A DNA stretch of 64,000 nucleotides from Carcharhinus longimanus (lineage: Eukaryota): positions 46,361,651 through 46,425,650 of the forward strand of contig JASCQW010000099.1 in NCBI GenBank assembly GCA_030264375.1. The letters run 5' to 3'. Under the pieces are notes generated by a model. It saw only the letters and a program-made list of their open reading frames with translations. It did no database searches and was not told the DNA's origin. A program made the position numbers and the translations under genes. Shown here one piece after another: positions 49,470 through 62,327 of this stretch (position 1 is its first letter; every line of letters begins with the position of its first letter).

Positions 49470-49800
49470 TCTCATGATTCCTCCAAGCATGTTCCGTAGC
49501 AGAAGTGAAAAATTTGAGGGACTTATTCACTGCTTGGATAAGCATAATTCCAGCAGCCGTCAGAAAACTGGACACCATTCAGCATGAAGCATGATGCTTG
49601 ACTGACATCCCATCCGGCACCCTCAACATTCAGCCCCTCCACGACCGTCCGTAGTGACAGCTGTATATTTGCTATGTGAAAGATGCACTGCTGCTGGTTC
49701 CTCAGGCTACTTCAGCAGCCGTCTCCAAGCCCATGAGTTTTAGCAGCTCAAAGGACAAGGGCAGAAGAGGCCTGGGATCGGCAGCATCAATAAGCTGTCT
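49470..49800 (+). mobile_element. Old CR1/L2-group LINE 3' remnant
   Basis: AW...KLDTIQHEA-like translation at ~49530-49590, typical of LINE RT C-terminal regions. Very decayed. Confidence 0.45.
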
Positions 49801-49879
49801 CTGCTCCCAATTCCATCCCCCATACTCCAAAACTCAATCATTTCTCAGTATTAGTGTAAGAGAGAAAACATCTGTAAAC

Positions 49880-50760
49880 CAACTTCATTCATCTCAGCAG
49901 ATGCTTCAGCAGACATCTTTCAGCATCTCAGGTGGCCTTTACTGGAACTACCTCACAAAGCTGAAGTTGCTCCAAAACATTTCCATGGAGTATTCAATAA
50001 ACGCTCATCTCCCTCTTCTGCTTATCAACCTTGCTGTCACTACAGCCACAATTGTAATGCCATGGAATCAGTGTTGCCAGGCTGGCAACTCCACTCACTG
50101 AACAATTCCTCCTACAGTTGTTGTACACTCCTTTCTTTTGCAATGTGAACCAAAGAAGTCTGCCATACTTAACTTTCCCATGTGCCCCTCCTTCTCCATT
50201 GTCAGAAGTGAATCTCCTACATTGTATTTGCCAACGGCTTACAGCACCATACTCCTGATCATTTTGATCACTGCCCTCAGCTGAGAGTCGGAACTGGGCA
50301 TTAATCTCCTTGGTGTAACTAATTACTGCCTGCCTTGAAGCCTCCTGCTGAGAGCAGTGCTGCACCTGAAAGACACTTACAGTTGACATCTTGGCTTTGT
50401 TTCTTGGCCACTTTACCAAAATGTATAAAGTTGTCAAAGCACTTCCTGCAGTGGACCCAAGTCCTGCAAACCATTCTGTGGTTGTTGGCCTCTCTAGTGA
50501 TGACGAGCCATGCCTCCTTTACCAGGCAGGCCTCCTCCTGCTGCTCTTCAGAAATGAAATCTTGTACCTAGCTTGTACCTCATCTACCATGCCCTCCCGG
50601 AAGGTGTTTGTGAATGTAAGTGCTGTCCTACAATGCTTCACTGCCATGTTACTGATCTCTCAGGGCTAATTCTCTCTGCGTACTTGCACTTTGAACCCGA
50701 TTGGGTGTCCTTTAAATGGTCCTTTAAATTCCCATCTTCTGCTTATGCCTGCCAAATGTC
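49880..50760 (-). mobile_element. Decayed LINE ORF fragment, probably RTE (post-endonuclease linker)
   Basis: Fragmented LINE-like translation on the minus strand (PPEMLK near 49925). Clade assignment is tentative. Confidence 0.4.
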
Positions 50761-51124
50761 AAATATCACTGACACCACCCGTTAATGGTTTTTCTCCAGG
50801 AGTATGTTAACTTTCTGAACTCTGCAGCTGCCAGTGGAATCAAAGCCCAAAATGTTCCAATATCACGGTGTTGGTGAAGTCATGAAATTCCAACCCAGTG
50901 AATTGGACTAGCCAGGTGTTTCTTAGATTGGAGAAATGTTGGAAGTGGTGTGCCACACTGGTTAGAGCATTTGTTCTCAATGGGTGATGTGAATTTAGAT
51001 ATAAAAAGCACAATCTCAAAAGGCAGAGAGAGGAATTTTAAAGAGGTATTGCAAACCAGCGAAAATACATTGGCAAGAAAGTCTTCCCACTGTGTGGCCA
51101 ATGCCTGTTGGTCTGTGGTCATGC

Positions 51125-51398
51125 AAGTAATCCCCACAGTGCACAAGGAAGCCATTTGGCCCATTGAGTCTGCACCAACTATTACCCAAACTTATCCTGT
51201 AACCCCACTAACCTGAAGGGCAATTTGGCATTGTCACTCACCTAACCTGCACACCTTTGGACTGTGGGTGGAAACTGGAGTACTTGGAGGAAACCGACAC
51301 AGACACGGTGAGAATGTGCAAACTCTACATAGTCACCCAAGACCAGAATCAACTCTGGGCCCCTGGTGCTTTGAGGCCACAGTGCCAACCACTGTGCA
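51125..51398 (-). mobile_element. HE1-type V-SINE
   Basis: CCTAACCTGCACACCTTTGGACTGTGGG...CAGTGCCAACCACTGTGC. Confidence 0.85.
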
Positions 51399-52566
51399 CA
51401 GTTTAATTTTATGCTGAGGGTTAATACCAAAACAATACCTTTGTTTAATTAAATTTTTGGTACAGTTAATACTCTAATATCGAACATATACACTTTGTAG
51501 TGAATACTGATAATTTACCTGTTGAATGATGTTAAATGAATGTGGCCATCTACTTTCACATCTACTGAAGACAAGTGCATCATGCAATCTATTCCAGTAC
51601 AGTATAAAGAGTACCTCTGTTTAACCTTGGCAATAACTGTAAGTTTACCAGCGATTATCTATAGTTGTTCATTAGGAAATAGCATCACCTGCCTTCTTGA
51701 TAACATTCAGTATCATTGCACTGGAGTAGAGAACCAGAACATACCTTTGGTATTGTCTATCTAATGATTCAAAACGGCACAAGAATGGAAGGCGATAAGT
51801 GGAAATCTGAGCAAATTACTTTTTAACTTAGAAAAATGTAACAAAACTTATTTAAGTGGCAAGCATTTGTTGACAAGGCAATAAAGTCTAAACAATTGTT
51901 TTGTGTACATGATTATTTGCTGTCAGCTGGATTCAGAATTATTATATGTCCATTTATGTACTAAGTATTACATGGCAGTAATAATATGTTAATACATGGT
52001 TGAGGTTTTACTGCACATTTCCCCCAATATTATTCTCCCCTGACTGTAATCTTATTTTAGTCAATAACCAAGGCTCCGGGTTCTCACACAAAGCTCCAAT
52101 AACTGGGTGAACAAGAGCCCTGGTATGCATGCCGCGCACCATGACCATTCTCACAGCGGTCCATTGACTTCCAGATCCTTCATTCACCCCTCCAGAACTG
52201 TTATCATTGAAAACCTACAAACTAACAAAACTACACTCTCAACAACAAAGCTGGTAGTTAGTTTGCCAAGTGTCATCTTTAAACACATATGTATAACTGT
52301 TACCATAGTAACTGATGGTTGAGAGGGTAACATTTGTTGTTTGGGAGTTGTTTCTTTGTTAATTAAGGTGAGATTATATCAGTTATGGAAAACAGAATAG
52401 TTAGCCATTTCTGACACTAAGGAGGATGATTTTCCTCAGGTCTCCTGCACCACCATGACAACTTTGACAGATGAGACATGGAAACATTATCAAAGTAACT
52501 TGTGGTTGACAAGCAAGCAGAAATTCAACCCTCAGTGTCAGCATTAAGCTTAAAGTCCAATCTCAT

Positions 52567-52893
52567 AATCATAGGATCTCTATATTGCAAAAGCAGGCCA
52601 TTTGGTCCATTGAATCTGCACCAACCCTCCAACAGAGCATCCCACCCAGACCCTAACCCCGTAGCTCCATGTATTTACCCTACTAATCCTACACATCCTG
52701 GTACACTAAGGGATAATTTAGCATGGCTCGCTAGTCCACCTAACCTACATGTCTTTGGACTGTGGGGGGAAACCAGAGCACCCGGAAGAAACCCATGCAG
52801 ACACAGGAAGAATGTGCAAACTTCACACACCCAAGACTAGAATTGAACTTAGGTCCTTGACGCTCTGAGTACTAACCACTGTGCCACCATGCT
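52567..52893 (-). mobile_element. HE1-type V-SINE
   Basis: CCACCTAACCTACATGTCTTTGGACTGTGGG...CTAACCACTGTGCCACCATGCTGC. Confidence 0.88.
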
Positions 52894-55314
52894 GCTTCAT
52901 ATACATATTATGCTTAAAAATCGTTTAGTATTTTTTCTTAATGTTTAGTTGTTGAAAACATCTCCAAATTACTTACTTTATTATTCCTCTCTTTTTACAC
53001 TTCTTTGTTCCTCATCGTTTATCAATGTACCATATCTTACTAAGTGAGCCAACAAACTACCTATCAACAGGCCTCTGTCAAAGCTGCTCTGCTGCTGGTA
53101 CTGGAAAGGACACAGTCAACTTCAATTTGCTCTCTTAGGTTCCCTCAGCCCCACTGGGAAAACACCTAAGGGTAGATTTTCTGATCAATTATGCAGGTGC
53201 AGGATGTGCACAGGGGATCAGGAAATTACTCTTAGCTTTCCACTGCACCTGATTCCTTCCGCTTCCAGTTTTTCAGCTGTCTGTATTTTGCATGCTGGCG
53301 TGCACTTACACTTTTCATACATTAGCCTCATTAAGGCCCCAGAAAGCTTTGAAATATTTTAATGCGAACATTCTGCACAGTTTCCTGCCATTTTGTGCAA
53401 GGATTGCTTTTTATTCAAAGCCCAGCTTGAGTAGAATTAAATAAGGCTCCATGTGAAAGGGAGCTTTGGAAAGGGAATAGGTATTATTATTTTTTATTTT
53501 GCAATGATTAGAATACCTTTTTCATTATGAATATTAGAGATCACTTTGTGTTCCTGAACTGCTGAATGTTTTTGAGAAAACACATTTGGTGACAAAATTG
53601 AATCATTATGATAATTATTTATTCGAACATTCAGAACACAACAGTATTATTACTTACTAGGTAACTGAACAGTGGACTTCATAAGGACTTCTGAGAAAGA
53701 GTCTCCAGTGACTCAGCAATCATAAAGCCACGATGCTGCCATTGATATCAGTTAAACCCAACCACTTAACATGGGCATTGACTGTGTAATAAGTAACAAT
53801 ACTGACTGTTTTCCTCCCTCAGATGACTCATTCTGCAAGGCCAGCCATGAAACCCTGGACTCTCCATTAGCACCAGAGGAGGCACTGGTGTCAAATGCAT
53901 CCATGACACACCCTCTTTCTGGGCCAATCACCCATGCAGACATGGGCATGTTGGTGGGCAATAGCGCATTGGTTCAGTTGGTAGTGCACAGTGGTGGGGA
54001 TATATCATTCTCACATGAGGAGCCGATGGCGACAGAGAGTGCCCAGGTCCCTGGAATTTGGTGGACTCCTGGAGGCCAGGCCAAGGCTGAGTCCAAAATA
54101 GATCATGAGTTTGCCTGTCCCCCCTCCTCTAAAGTGATACCTGCAACCACCTGACCTCCTCTCTCCTTGGCCCAGTCTTCCCCCTCAGAGGACCTCTCAC
54201 ATTCATTAGCGGGGAAACATATCAAAACTCATTCTCTGTTGGATACTTTCATATCACCACCACCCCATCTATCATGTTCAAACTCCATCCCTTGGCCCTT
54301 CTGGAGCTGCTCACCATATACAAGGGACATGTTTTTAACCCAAGCTCTATTCCATCCCTCTGATCATATGCCTTTCTTACGTCTTCATATAGCACACTGG
54401 TGCACAAGAAGTCAGGGCAAGCCCAGGCAGAGACCCTCACCCTGACCAAATTCAGCGAGACTACAGCTGATTTTCCCGGGAAGACAGGGGTCGCTCCTAT
54501 GGGGAAATGAAATTGGCCTCTCCCAACAATGTAATATGGTCATAGCTCCATCACTTCATCAAATCCTACCTATCAAAGTGAGTCGAATGTACTCTGGAAT
54601 AGCTCAAACTCATACACCGAAACTCTATTTTCTTTTATGTAGGTACCAGGATATCGCAGCCATCCAGTCAGCTGAGCAGCACCCAAGCCCCAAAAGCACA
54701 TCTGAAGACAAGAGATGGCTCACAAGGGGCCATCACAGAGCTCATTCATACCCTTCACCAAAGCAGGGACACAACTTGGTGGGGCATAGAAGACCTCAGG
54801 CCACCAGAGGATAACCATCAAGGCATCAGGACATAGCAGTCATCAGGCTACCTCTGCCCTCACTGTGGGTGCTGGGATTGCATCAAGGCATAGTGGCAGT
54901 GTTAGCAAATTAAAACATTTTGATGTCGCCTCTGGTTCAACGGTGTGCTATCAACAGCACTGAGTGGAATTCACTCCATGGGTGTGTGAATGCTCTAGTC
55001 AACAGAAGGCATTGTGATTTTGTACTTTGGAATCCTCTTATCTCAAGGTTTAGTCATCCACCCATTCTTGTGACAGTGTTCTGTTATAAGATGAACATTC
55101 ATGTGATGTCAGCCTCAGTGCAACTAGCCTTTGGACCCTTGCGTGTTGCCAGGGAGATGTGCTTAAATCTTTATTATTAGAAGTGTATGATAGGAAATAT
55201 TTGATTGCTAATTTCTCAAGGGACAGCAATGGTTGATGGTAGCCCATCAGCTATGATACTGTCATAGTGTCTGGGTCTTTTCAATGTTAGTATCTGAACC
55301 CATGACATGCACTT

Positions 55315-56100
55315 TATGACAAAGGTGCATTTGAGTCCATGATGCAGCCCATTAAAGTGTGTAGAAAAATTATTTCCCACTGCTGCGGATTCAAATATAG
55401 CAAATGTATTATCCACATATCGAACATTTGCAAGGGGCAGGAAGTTAGGTGTCATTCCATTTCTCATGGAACCTGATAAAAGTGTTGGTGAGAGCTGGTC
55501 TAGAGGGGTTTCCATGGCAACACTATCTAGTTGGGCATACATAGTGTCATTAAAACTGAACTCAATTGTGTGAGTTGCTGAATTCACAAGTTCAATGAAT
55601 ACTGATTCACACAATGACAACATGTCTACATCACCATGATATATAGTTGCAGTACAATTATCTATAGCTTCCTTGAGCTTCATTGGTGAATAGGCAAGCA
55701 ATGTGAAATCAGTGCATGGATACAGCATCACTATTGATATGCAAGTCCTGTACGGTCTTCACAAATATGAAGGAATCCTTCACTGCGTGTGTGGAAGATT
55801 TGCTTAAAACTAGTTGTCGTGACTCACCCAATTGTTTGACCAATTTATGCCAGCCAGAACCAGTCATAGATAAGATAGAGTGAAAGGGTCATCACTTTGG
55901 TGTGACTTGGGCAACATACGCAGCTACAGTGAACTGTGAGGATGAATTCTATCATTATATCATCCAGCAGCTCGTTACGCTTATAAAAATCGAACAAGCA
56001 TTTTTTTTTAGCCTGATCTTTGCTTTCTTTTAGTAAATGTAGACCTGTCTATTACTAAATTCCAATGGATGCTGACATAAGCATTGAAAGTTTGCAGGAC
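55315..56100 (-). mobile_element. Penelope-like element reverse-transcriptase relic
   Basis: FSFNDTMYAQLDSVAMETPL (compare FxFNGxxYxQxxGxAMGSPL) and RYVDNTFAIF...HFNGLHHGLKCT (compare RYVDD...LNxxHxxIKFT). Confidence 0.85.
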
Positions 56101-56108
56101 TTCTTCAT

Positions 56109-56236
56109 GATGTGGAGATGCCAGCATTGGACTGGGGTAAACACAGTAAGAAGTCTGACAACATCAGGTTTAAGTCCAGCCGATTTATTTGATAGTAAAC
56201 TCACAAGCTTTCGAGGTTAAACTCTTCGTCAGGTGG
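56109..56236 (-). mobile_element. 128-bp hammerhead-headed Penelope-derived mini-element with TSD
   Basis: Flanked by CTTCTTCAT at 56100-56108 and 56237-56245. Confidence 0.78.
56201..56236 (-). ncRNA. Minimal type-I hammerhead ribozyme motif
   Basis: Minus strand: CCAC-CTGACGA-A-GAG-tttaac-CTC-GAAA-GCT-T-GTGA. Confidence 0.7.
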
Positions 56237-56289
56237 CTTCTTCATAACAGGCTGAAGATCCTTAACCCACGGCTTTGCTATTATGTTAT

Positions 56290-57915
56290 CAGTGATAGAA
56301 CTTATTGCTAAAAGTAATGTACCGTCCTGGTCTGTTTAATGTTTTTTGCAAACCTAAATTATTTCTGTACCTTTTTTCTGTCCATGTCCTTCCTACCAAA
56401 ATGCATCACCTCACACTTCATCTGCCACCTATCTGCCCATTTGTCTGTGTCCTTTTGAAGTTCTACTGTCATCCTCACAACTTGCAATGCTTCTAAGTTC
56501 CATGTCATCCACAAACTTTGAACTTGCCCCCTGCACACCAAGATCTAGATCATTAATATATATCAAAAAAAGCAACAGACTTAATATTGACCCCTGGGGA
56601 ACTTTCCTCCAGCCCCAAAAATTTCCATTCACCCTTACTCTCTGCTTCCTGTTACTCAGCCAATTTTATATTCATATTGCTAGTTTTGATTCCATGAACT
56701 ATAACTTTTCTCACAAGCCTGTTGTGTAACGTTATATCAAATGCCTTTCGAAAATCCATATACACATCAACTGCATTACTCTCATCAACTCTTTCTGTCG
56801 CCTGTTCAAAAACTTTCAGCAAGTTATTTAAATACAATTTCCCCTTTAGAAATTCATGCTCGCTCTTCCTAATCAATCCACATTTTTCCATGTGACGACT
56901 AATTCTATCCTGAATAACTGTTTCCAGAACCCTCCCCACCACTGAAGTTGAACTGACTGNNNNNNNNNNNNNNNNNNNNNNNNNNNNNNNNNNNNNNNNN
57001 NNNNNNNNNNNNNNNNNNNNNNNNNNNNNNNNNNNNNNNNNNNNNNNNNNNNNNNNNNNACCCTCCCCACCACTGAAGTTGAACTGACTGGTCTGCAATT
57101 GATGGGCTTATCCTTGTATCCTTTTTAAACAAGGGCATAATTCTCCTGTGCTTTGGCACCTTCCTCTATGGCTAGAGAAGACAGAAAGATTATGACCTGT
57201 GCCCCTTCAATTTTCATTCTCAATTACTTCAATATTCTTGGCTGCATCTCATTCGCCCCAGCTCCTTATCAACTTTAAATACCAACAGCCAATCCAACGC
57301 TAGCTCCTTCTCAGTTTTGAACCCCTCTCATTAGTTTCCTTCTCTGTCACCCTGGCCTGGAGAGCATCTACATCCTTGGTAAAGACAGATGCAAAGTATT
57401 CATTTAATACGTCAGCCATGACCCCTGCCTTTATGTGTGAATTCTCTTTTAGGTCCCTAATCGGCTGTGTTCCTGCTTTTATCACACTCCTACTATTTAT
57501 TTGCCTATAGAAAATGTTGGGATTCCCCTTTATGTTGGCTGCAAGTCTTTTCTTATAATCCCTCTTCACTTCTCTAATGTGCTCTTAACATTCCCCCTCT
57601 CCCCTGTCGCCCTCCCCGAACCTTCTGTATTCTTCTGGGCTCCCAAATCTATTATCTACCTGACTCCTGTCATAAGCACATTTTTTCTACTTTATCTTAA
57701 TTTCTCACTCCTTTCTCATCCAGGGAGCACTGAATTTATTTGCCGCACCTTTCCCGTTTAATGTAACATCCCATGATTATGCCTAAACCATTTATTTATG
57801 AAGGCGGCCCATTGTATAACTATAGTTTTTCCTCCACCCTTTCATTCAATCTACCAGGCCAGCTTCATTCTTGCCCCAAAGTCGGCTGTTGCCCTGTTAA
57901 TTATTCTGAGCCTGG
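56290..57915 (-). mobile_element. CR1 LINE ORF2 fragment (linker plus RT)
   Basis: KRLAANIKGNPNIFYRQI...LNEYFASVFT, VYMDFRKAFD, VPQGSILSLLLFLIYINDLD...KFVDD. Confidence 0.92.
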
Positions 57916-59056
57916 ATTGCCCAATGATCCAAGGGTCTTTCTGTCCCAGCAGCACCAGAGAAGGAGAGGACACGGACTGCAAGCAGTCCTGAGAGCCTAG
58001 AATTTAATCTGTGACACTGAAATAAGTTTGTCTTAAAATGGAGTGAAGCTGAACTTTCCAAAAGCGTCAAAGACTGAGGCAGACAGCGAGAAGAATTAAA
58101 TAATTAATGCTGACATGGTCAGCTGAGAAGTGACCCCCTTGCTGTTGTTTTCGAATCGACCATAGCCTCATCCCACCTCAATGATCTCTGCCAGGTGTGT
58201 GTCTACTTACACACACTTTGCCTCTTGACATTTGTTTATTCCTCACTTGCTACTCTCTAACACTGGCTATCATTTTTAATCATTATGTTCTGCCCTCAGG
58301 AACTCTCTCCCTTAATTGTTTAGCCTCATTTCCCACTACTTTTCAGAATATTTTCTCTTGCACAATGCTTTAAAACTCTCAGCTTTCCTTTATTTTCTCC
58401 ATTCCTTAGTGTCCACCAATTCCCCTGCCCTTTAGATGTGCTTTGAGATGCCTTTCTGTGCTCAAGAAGCACTGTGGCCCTTTAAGCTGTTACATTTTGA
58501 GAAAAGGTTGCAGTTTTAGACTTTTCTCATTAAATTGAAGGCTAAAGGCTTGTTCTGCACACTCGGAGAATAGATAAGAAATAACGATTGAAACTGACAT
58601 AGCATGGCTCTCAGGGCATGTCATCAGGAGCAGTTATCAAGGTGGGGCACAAGCTAAGACTGCTGGCAAGAATGTAGTAGTTGTCATTCCACACACGAGA
58701 GGGGTTATCACAAGAAAATCTAATAGACAGTTCTACAGTTCCACTTTATTTTTCATGTCTTATAATTTCGCAAATGTTTTTTGACACACACTCCGGAATG
58801 AACGAGTTCTAGATTTAGCATGATAAAATGAAAACGTCTGCTATGAAGGGTATAATACAAAATGAAAGGGAATAAACAAAATGCAAACATGGGTAAAGTA
58901 GAGAATAAGTGGGGGCAATGTATCAACAGGTAGATAGCAGATGAGCAAAATATTTCAAACCATAAAGACACGTGAAATAAGAAATGGAATAATAGAGTAA
59001 AGGGGAAAATTGGTTACAATTCAGACAAGCAAATTTGTATCTTACTGGAAGAGAGA

Positions 59057-59390
59057 GAACTTGTGTTTAAGGAATGCCTTTCATTACCTCAGGACATCCC
59101 AAAATAATTTCCAATCAATTATATACATTTGAAGTATAGACAGTTTTAATGGAGAAACACAGCAGCCAATTTGCAAAAAGTAAGATTCCACAAATAGTAA
59201 TGAAATAAACTAATTTGGTTATCAGGTTATGCTGGTTAAAGGGAAACTGTTGGCTGGACTAAAGGAGAACATTGTTGCACTTGTTCCAATCATAATTTAC
59301 ATCCTCTGTGAGGGATAATGGGGCTTCAGAGTAATGCCTCATTTGAAAGGCAGCACCTTCAGCAGGGAAGCACTCCTCCTGTACTGGTTC
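59057..59390 (-). mobile_element. Ancient DeuSINE (SacSINE1/AmnSINE1-like) relic
   Basis: GGGGCTTCAGAGTAATGCCTCATTTGAAAGGCAGCACCTTCAGCAGGGAAGCACTCC resembles the reversed Deu-domain. CCTCAGGACATCCCAAA...GCAGCCAATTTGC resembles the recalled 3' half. Confidence 0.6.
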
Positions 59391-59869
59391 CTAGTAGATG
59401 CTCATCATTTCTTTGATATGTATGTCGGCCTTTGAATCATTCAATTCAGTATTTGAGTTCTTCAGTACATGACTTCGCATTCTGGAGCTGGTACCTCTGG
59501 TACCCTATCTCCTTAAATAATTAATTCCCTAACTCCTGTGCACTTGTGCTTGGTGTGTCATTACATATAGCCACCTCCTGTGGGAGTCACATTGAGTGAT
59601 GTTGTGACTTTCAGACAGCCTGGGCTGATTTTCCCTTTTTTCAAATGTCAGGCACTGACTGAAAACCGTGTGAAGTTCTCCAGTTGCACAGCCCAGTTTT
59701 CACTCTAGATCTTGGGCCTCTCTGAAGAAACAAAATGAGTGGGTGGGGTTTTGCCATCTGTCTGGCAGGATGGGGGCTGATAGAACTGGCAAGGTCGGCT
59801 TCACAGAGATTACGGAGCCATCTTTAAAGGGCGCTCCAATCAGGACTGAAGTTCAACTCATCCGCTTCT

Positions 59870-59960
59870 TCCCTCACACAGATTCCACACAGTCACCCAA
59901 GGCCGGAATTGAACCTGGGTCCCTGGCACAGTGAGGCAACGGTGCTAACCACTGTGCCAC
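59870..59960 (-). mobile_element. HE1 SINE head only
   Basis: CACACAGTCACCCAAGGCCGGAATTGAACCTGGGTCCCTGGCACAGTGAGGCAACGGTGCTAACCACTGTGCCAC. Confidence 0.85.
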
Positions 59961-61300
59961 TCAAATGTGGTGGTTGGGCTGGGTAATTAGATTTAGATGA
60001 ATTAATCAACATTAAAATGATATTCTCTCCCTTTGTAGGTGTGAGCCACATGACACCACTGGTGAGGGGTGTGGAAAATCAAGAAACTCACTGGTGATAG
60101 TTGCATTTCCTGATTCTTGCTGTATTCTCGTCGTTATTCTCTCTGACAGCAAATGTGGGCTGAAATCACCCCCTCTTGCCTTTTATTGGCAATGTTTGAA
60201 TTTCTAAATTAAAGATGAAGCTTTCAAAAAGTTGAACTCTTAATTTATATTATCTAGCATATGTGGATATGGTTTAATTGAATGTCATATTGAATGTGGT
60301 GAATAAAATGAATTTTAAATGTATACATATCTTGAATGAGAAGTCACTGTAAAAGTAAATTTTTTTAACCAGTCGAACTTTCTTTCCAGAGTGGCTGGTT
60401 TCCCTATAGATCAAAGACTCATACGTATGAAGTGACAGCTGGGTGGAATCTATTACAGTATATCCTCAGCTAATCAATCATCTTTGTTTTATTTTCCCCA
60501 CAGACATGAGGTCATTGAAATTCTGGGTCACCAAGAAATATGCATGAAAGCTAGCAACAATGGACGTGAAGCAGTGGATAATTAGGGACAGGCTTTATGG
60601 GACACTGACATTTTAAAACACAGTCTCATAATCTAAATTGTTCCTCTCTCCTCAACTTTTTTACAGCCAAGTTTAAGATACAAAGTCAAAGGGGGCCCAA
60701 AAATTACCAAAAGCTTCAAACCAATTTAACAGTAGATTATACTGTGCAATAATCCATTGCTGTACAAATATAAATACGTTTGTTGTTCATGAATGTTGAA
60801 AATGCTATTTCTCTAATGAATTCTGAAACTGAATCAAGTCAATACATGATGAAAAAACTGGGGGTCTGTTACCAGAATTTGGCCAAGTGTCAGACTCAGT
60901 CAGAAAATTGGCATGTCACTCTCCAGTTGTGTTTACCAATTTTCTCTCTCGATTTTGAGCCCCTTGAAAGAAAAAAATGAGTGAGCATGGTTTAGGTTGT
61001 CACTCTGGTGAGGTGAGGGCTCTTAGAGCTGGTAACAGCTCCACAGAAATTAGGGCTGCATCTTTGAAGGGTAGCCTGATTAGAAAAAAGTCCCCACCTT
61101 CACCCACCATGCCCCCTCTCCAACCCCATAATTATTGCTGGTAGTTTCCCCGACACCACCTCCCACAATCATCGCAGCATTTCAACACCCTTCTCCCACT
61201 CAGTGACCATTCTCTCCGCCACACATAAATCAAGCGGCAGCATATTTCATGTTGGTATATTATGGAATAGACTTGTGGAAAATGAAATTAATTACAATTA

Positions 61301-61425
61301 TGATGTGGAGTTGCTGGCATTGGACTGGAGTAGGCACAATAAGAATTCTCACAACATCAGGTTAAAGTCCAACAGGTTTATTTGGAATCACGAGCTTTCA
61401 GAGTGTAGTTCCTTCATCAGGTGAG
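61301..61425 (-). mobile_element. 125-bp hammerhead-headed Penelope-derived mini-element with TSD
   Basis: Flanked by TTACAATTA at 61292-61300 and 61426-61434. Both ends match the 56109 copy. Confidence 0.78.
61387..61425 (-). ncRNA. Minimal type-I hammerhead ribozyme motif
   Basis: Minus strand: CTCAC-CTGATGA-A-GGA-actacac-TCT-GAAA-GCT-C-GTGAT. Core intact, stem II weakened. Confidence 0.65.
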
Positions 61426-62327
61426 TTACAATTAAGCATCACAAGGAAAATCATTAGTTCTGGAATATGCTCATTTAGAATCTGCTTTATTGAAATCAAT
61501 GCACCAAAAACTTGCCAAGTATTATGGATGTTGTTTTGTATCTTTCAAATGCCATTTCTGAAGGAATATGTCTGTGTTGTGTTGTTTTTTGATTCCGTGT
61601 AATCCATAATGAATTGAAAATAATAAGTTAAAAGTTTCGGGGTAAAGCAAAATAAAGAAAGTAAAACATCACTAAATGAATAAGCAAGATGCAACACCAA
61701 AAGTTAGTCTCTGGATCTGGTCCACATTTCACTTTAACTTGAAAAAGCAAAAAGGCAGTCTGTTCGTAAGTATTTATGATGGCTTCTTAAAGGCCAATGG
61801 AGTGAAACATACAGAATTGCACAGGGGGAAGTATAAGTGGAAAGTGATTCCACTCAGACTTGACATTAATCAGCAGAAGAAAGGGCAAGACTTGGAATCT
61901 GTATCAGAACACTGTCAGAAGTGATTAGTAGATTGAGGTTTTGAAGCACACAGTATGAGACTATGGCCATTGCAAGCTTTTACTTACTGTAGTTAGAAGA
62001 GGTGGCTTCCTTTTTTGTACAATAAAAGAATGAGAGAATATTTATGAGAAAGAAATATTTTTCTCTTTGTTTACTTATGGTGTGCGTGTGAATAACATAT
62101 TGGATATATTTATGGATAGCTATGTACAGATTGGACAAAATCTTACCAAAAAATGGCAGTGTTCTTTCTGGTTAGAAAACCAATGTGTTTCTCTCCAGAG
62201 GGCCCTTTAAAGATGGCACCTTGATTATAACCTGAGTAAGCCCCCAACTCACCATGGAGGTCTTGGGGTCTTCATTTCCCCACTCCCAATTGGAGTCAAC
62301 ACTTCTCTCCCCCAAATCAGTGAAGTA

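Noticed and set aside
53771-54814. Cluster of 90-130-aa ORFs in GC-richer sequence
   Set aside because: No recognisable domain or consistent splice pattern. More likely the decayed interior of a DNA transposon, which I could not assign.
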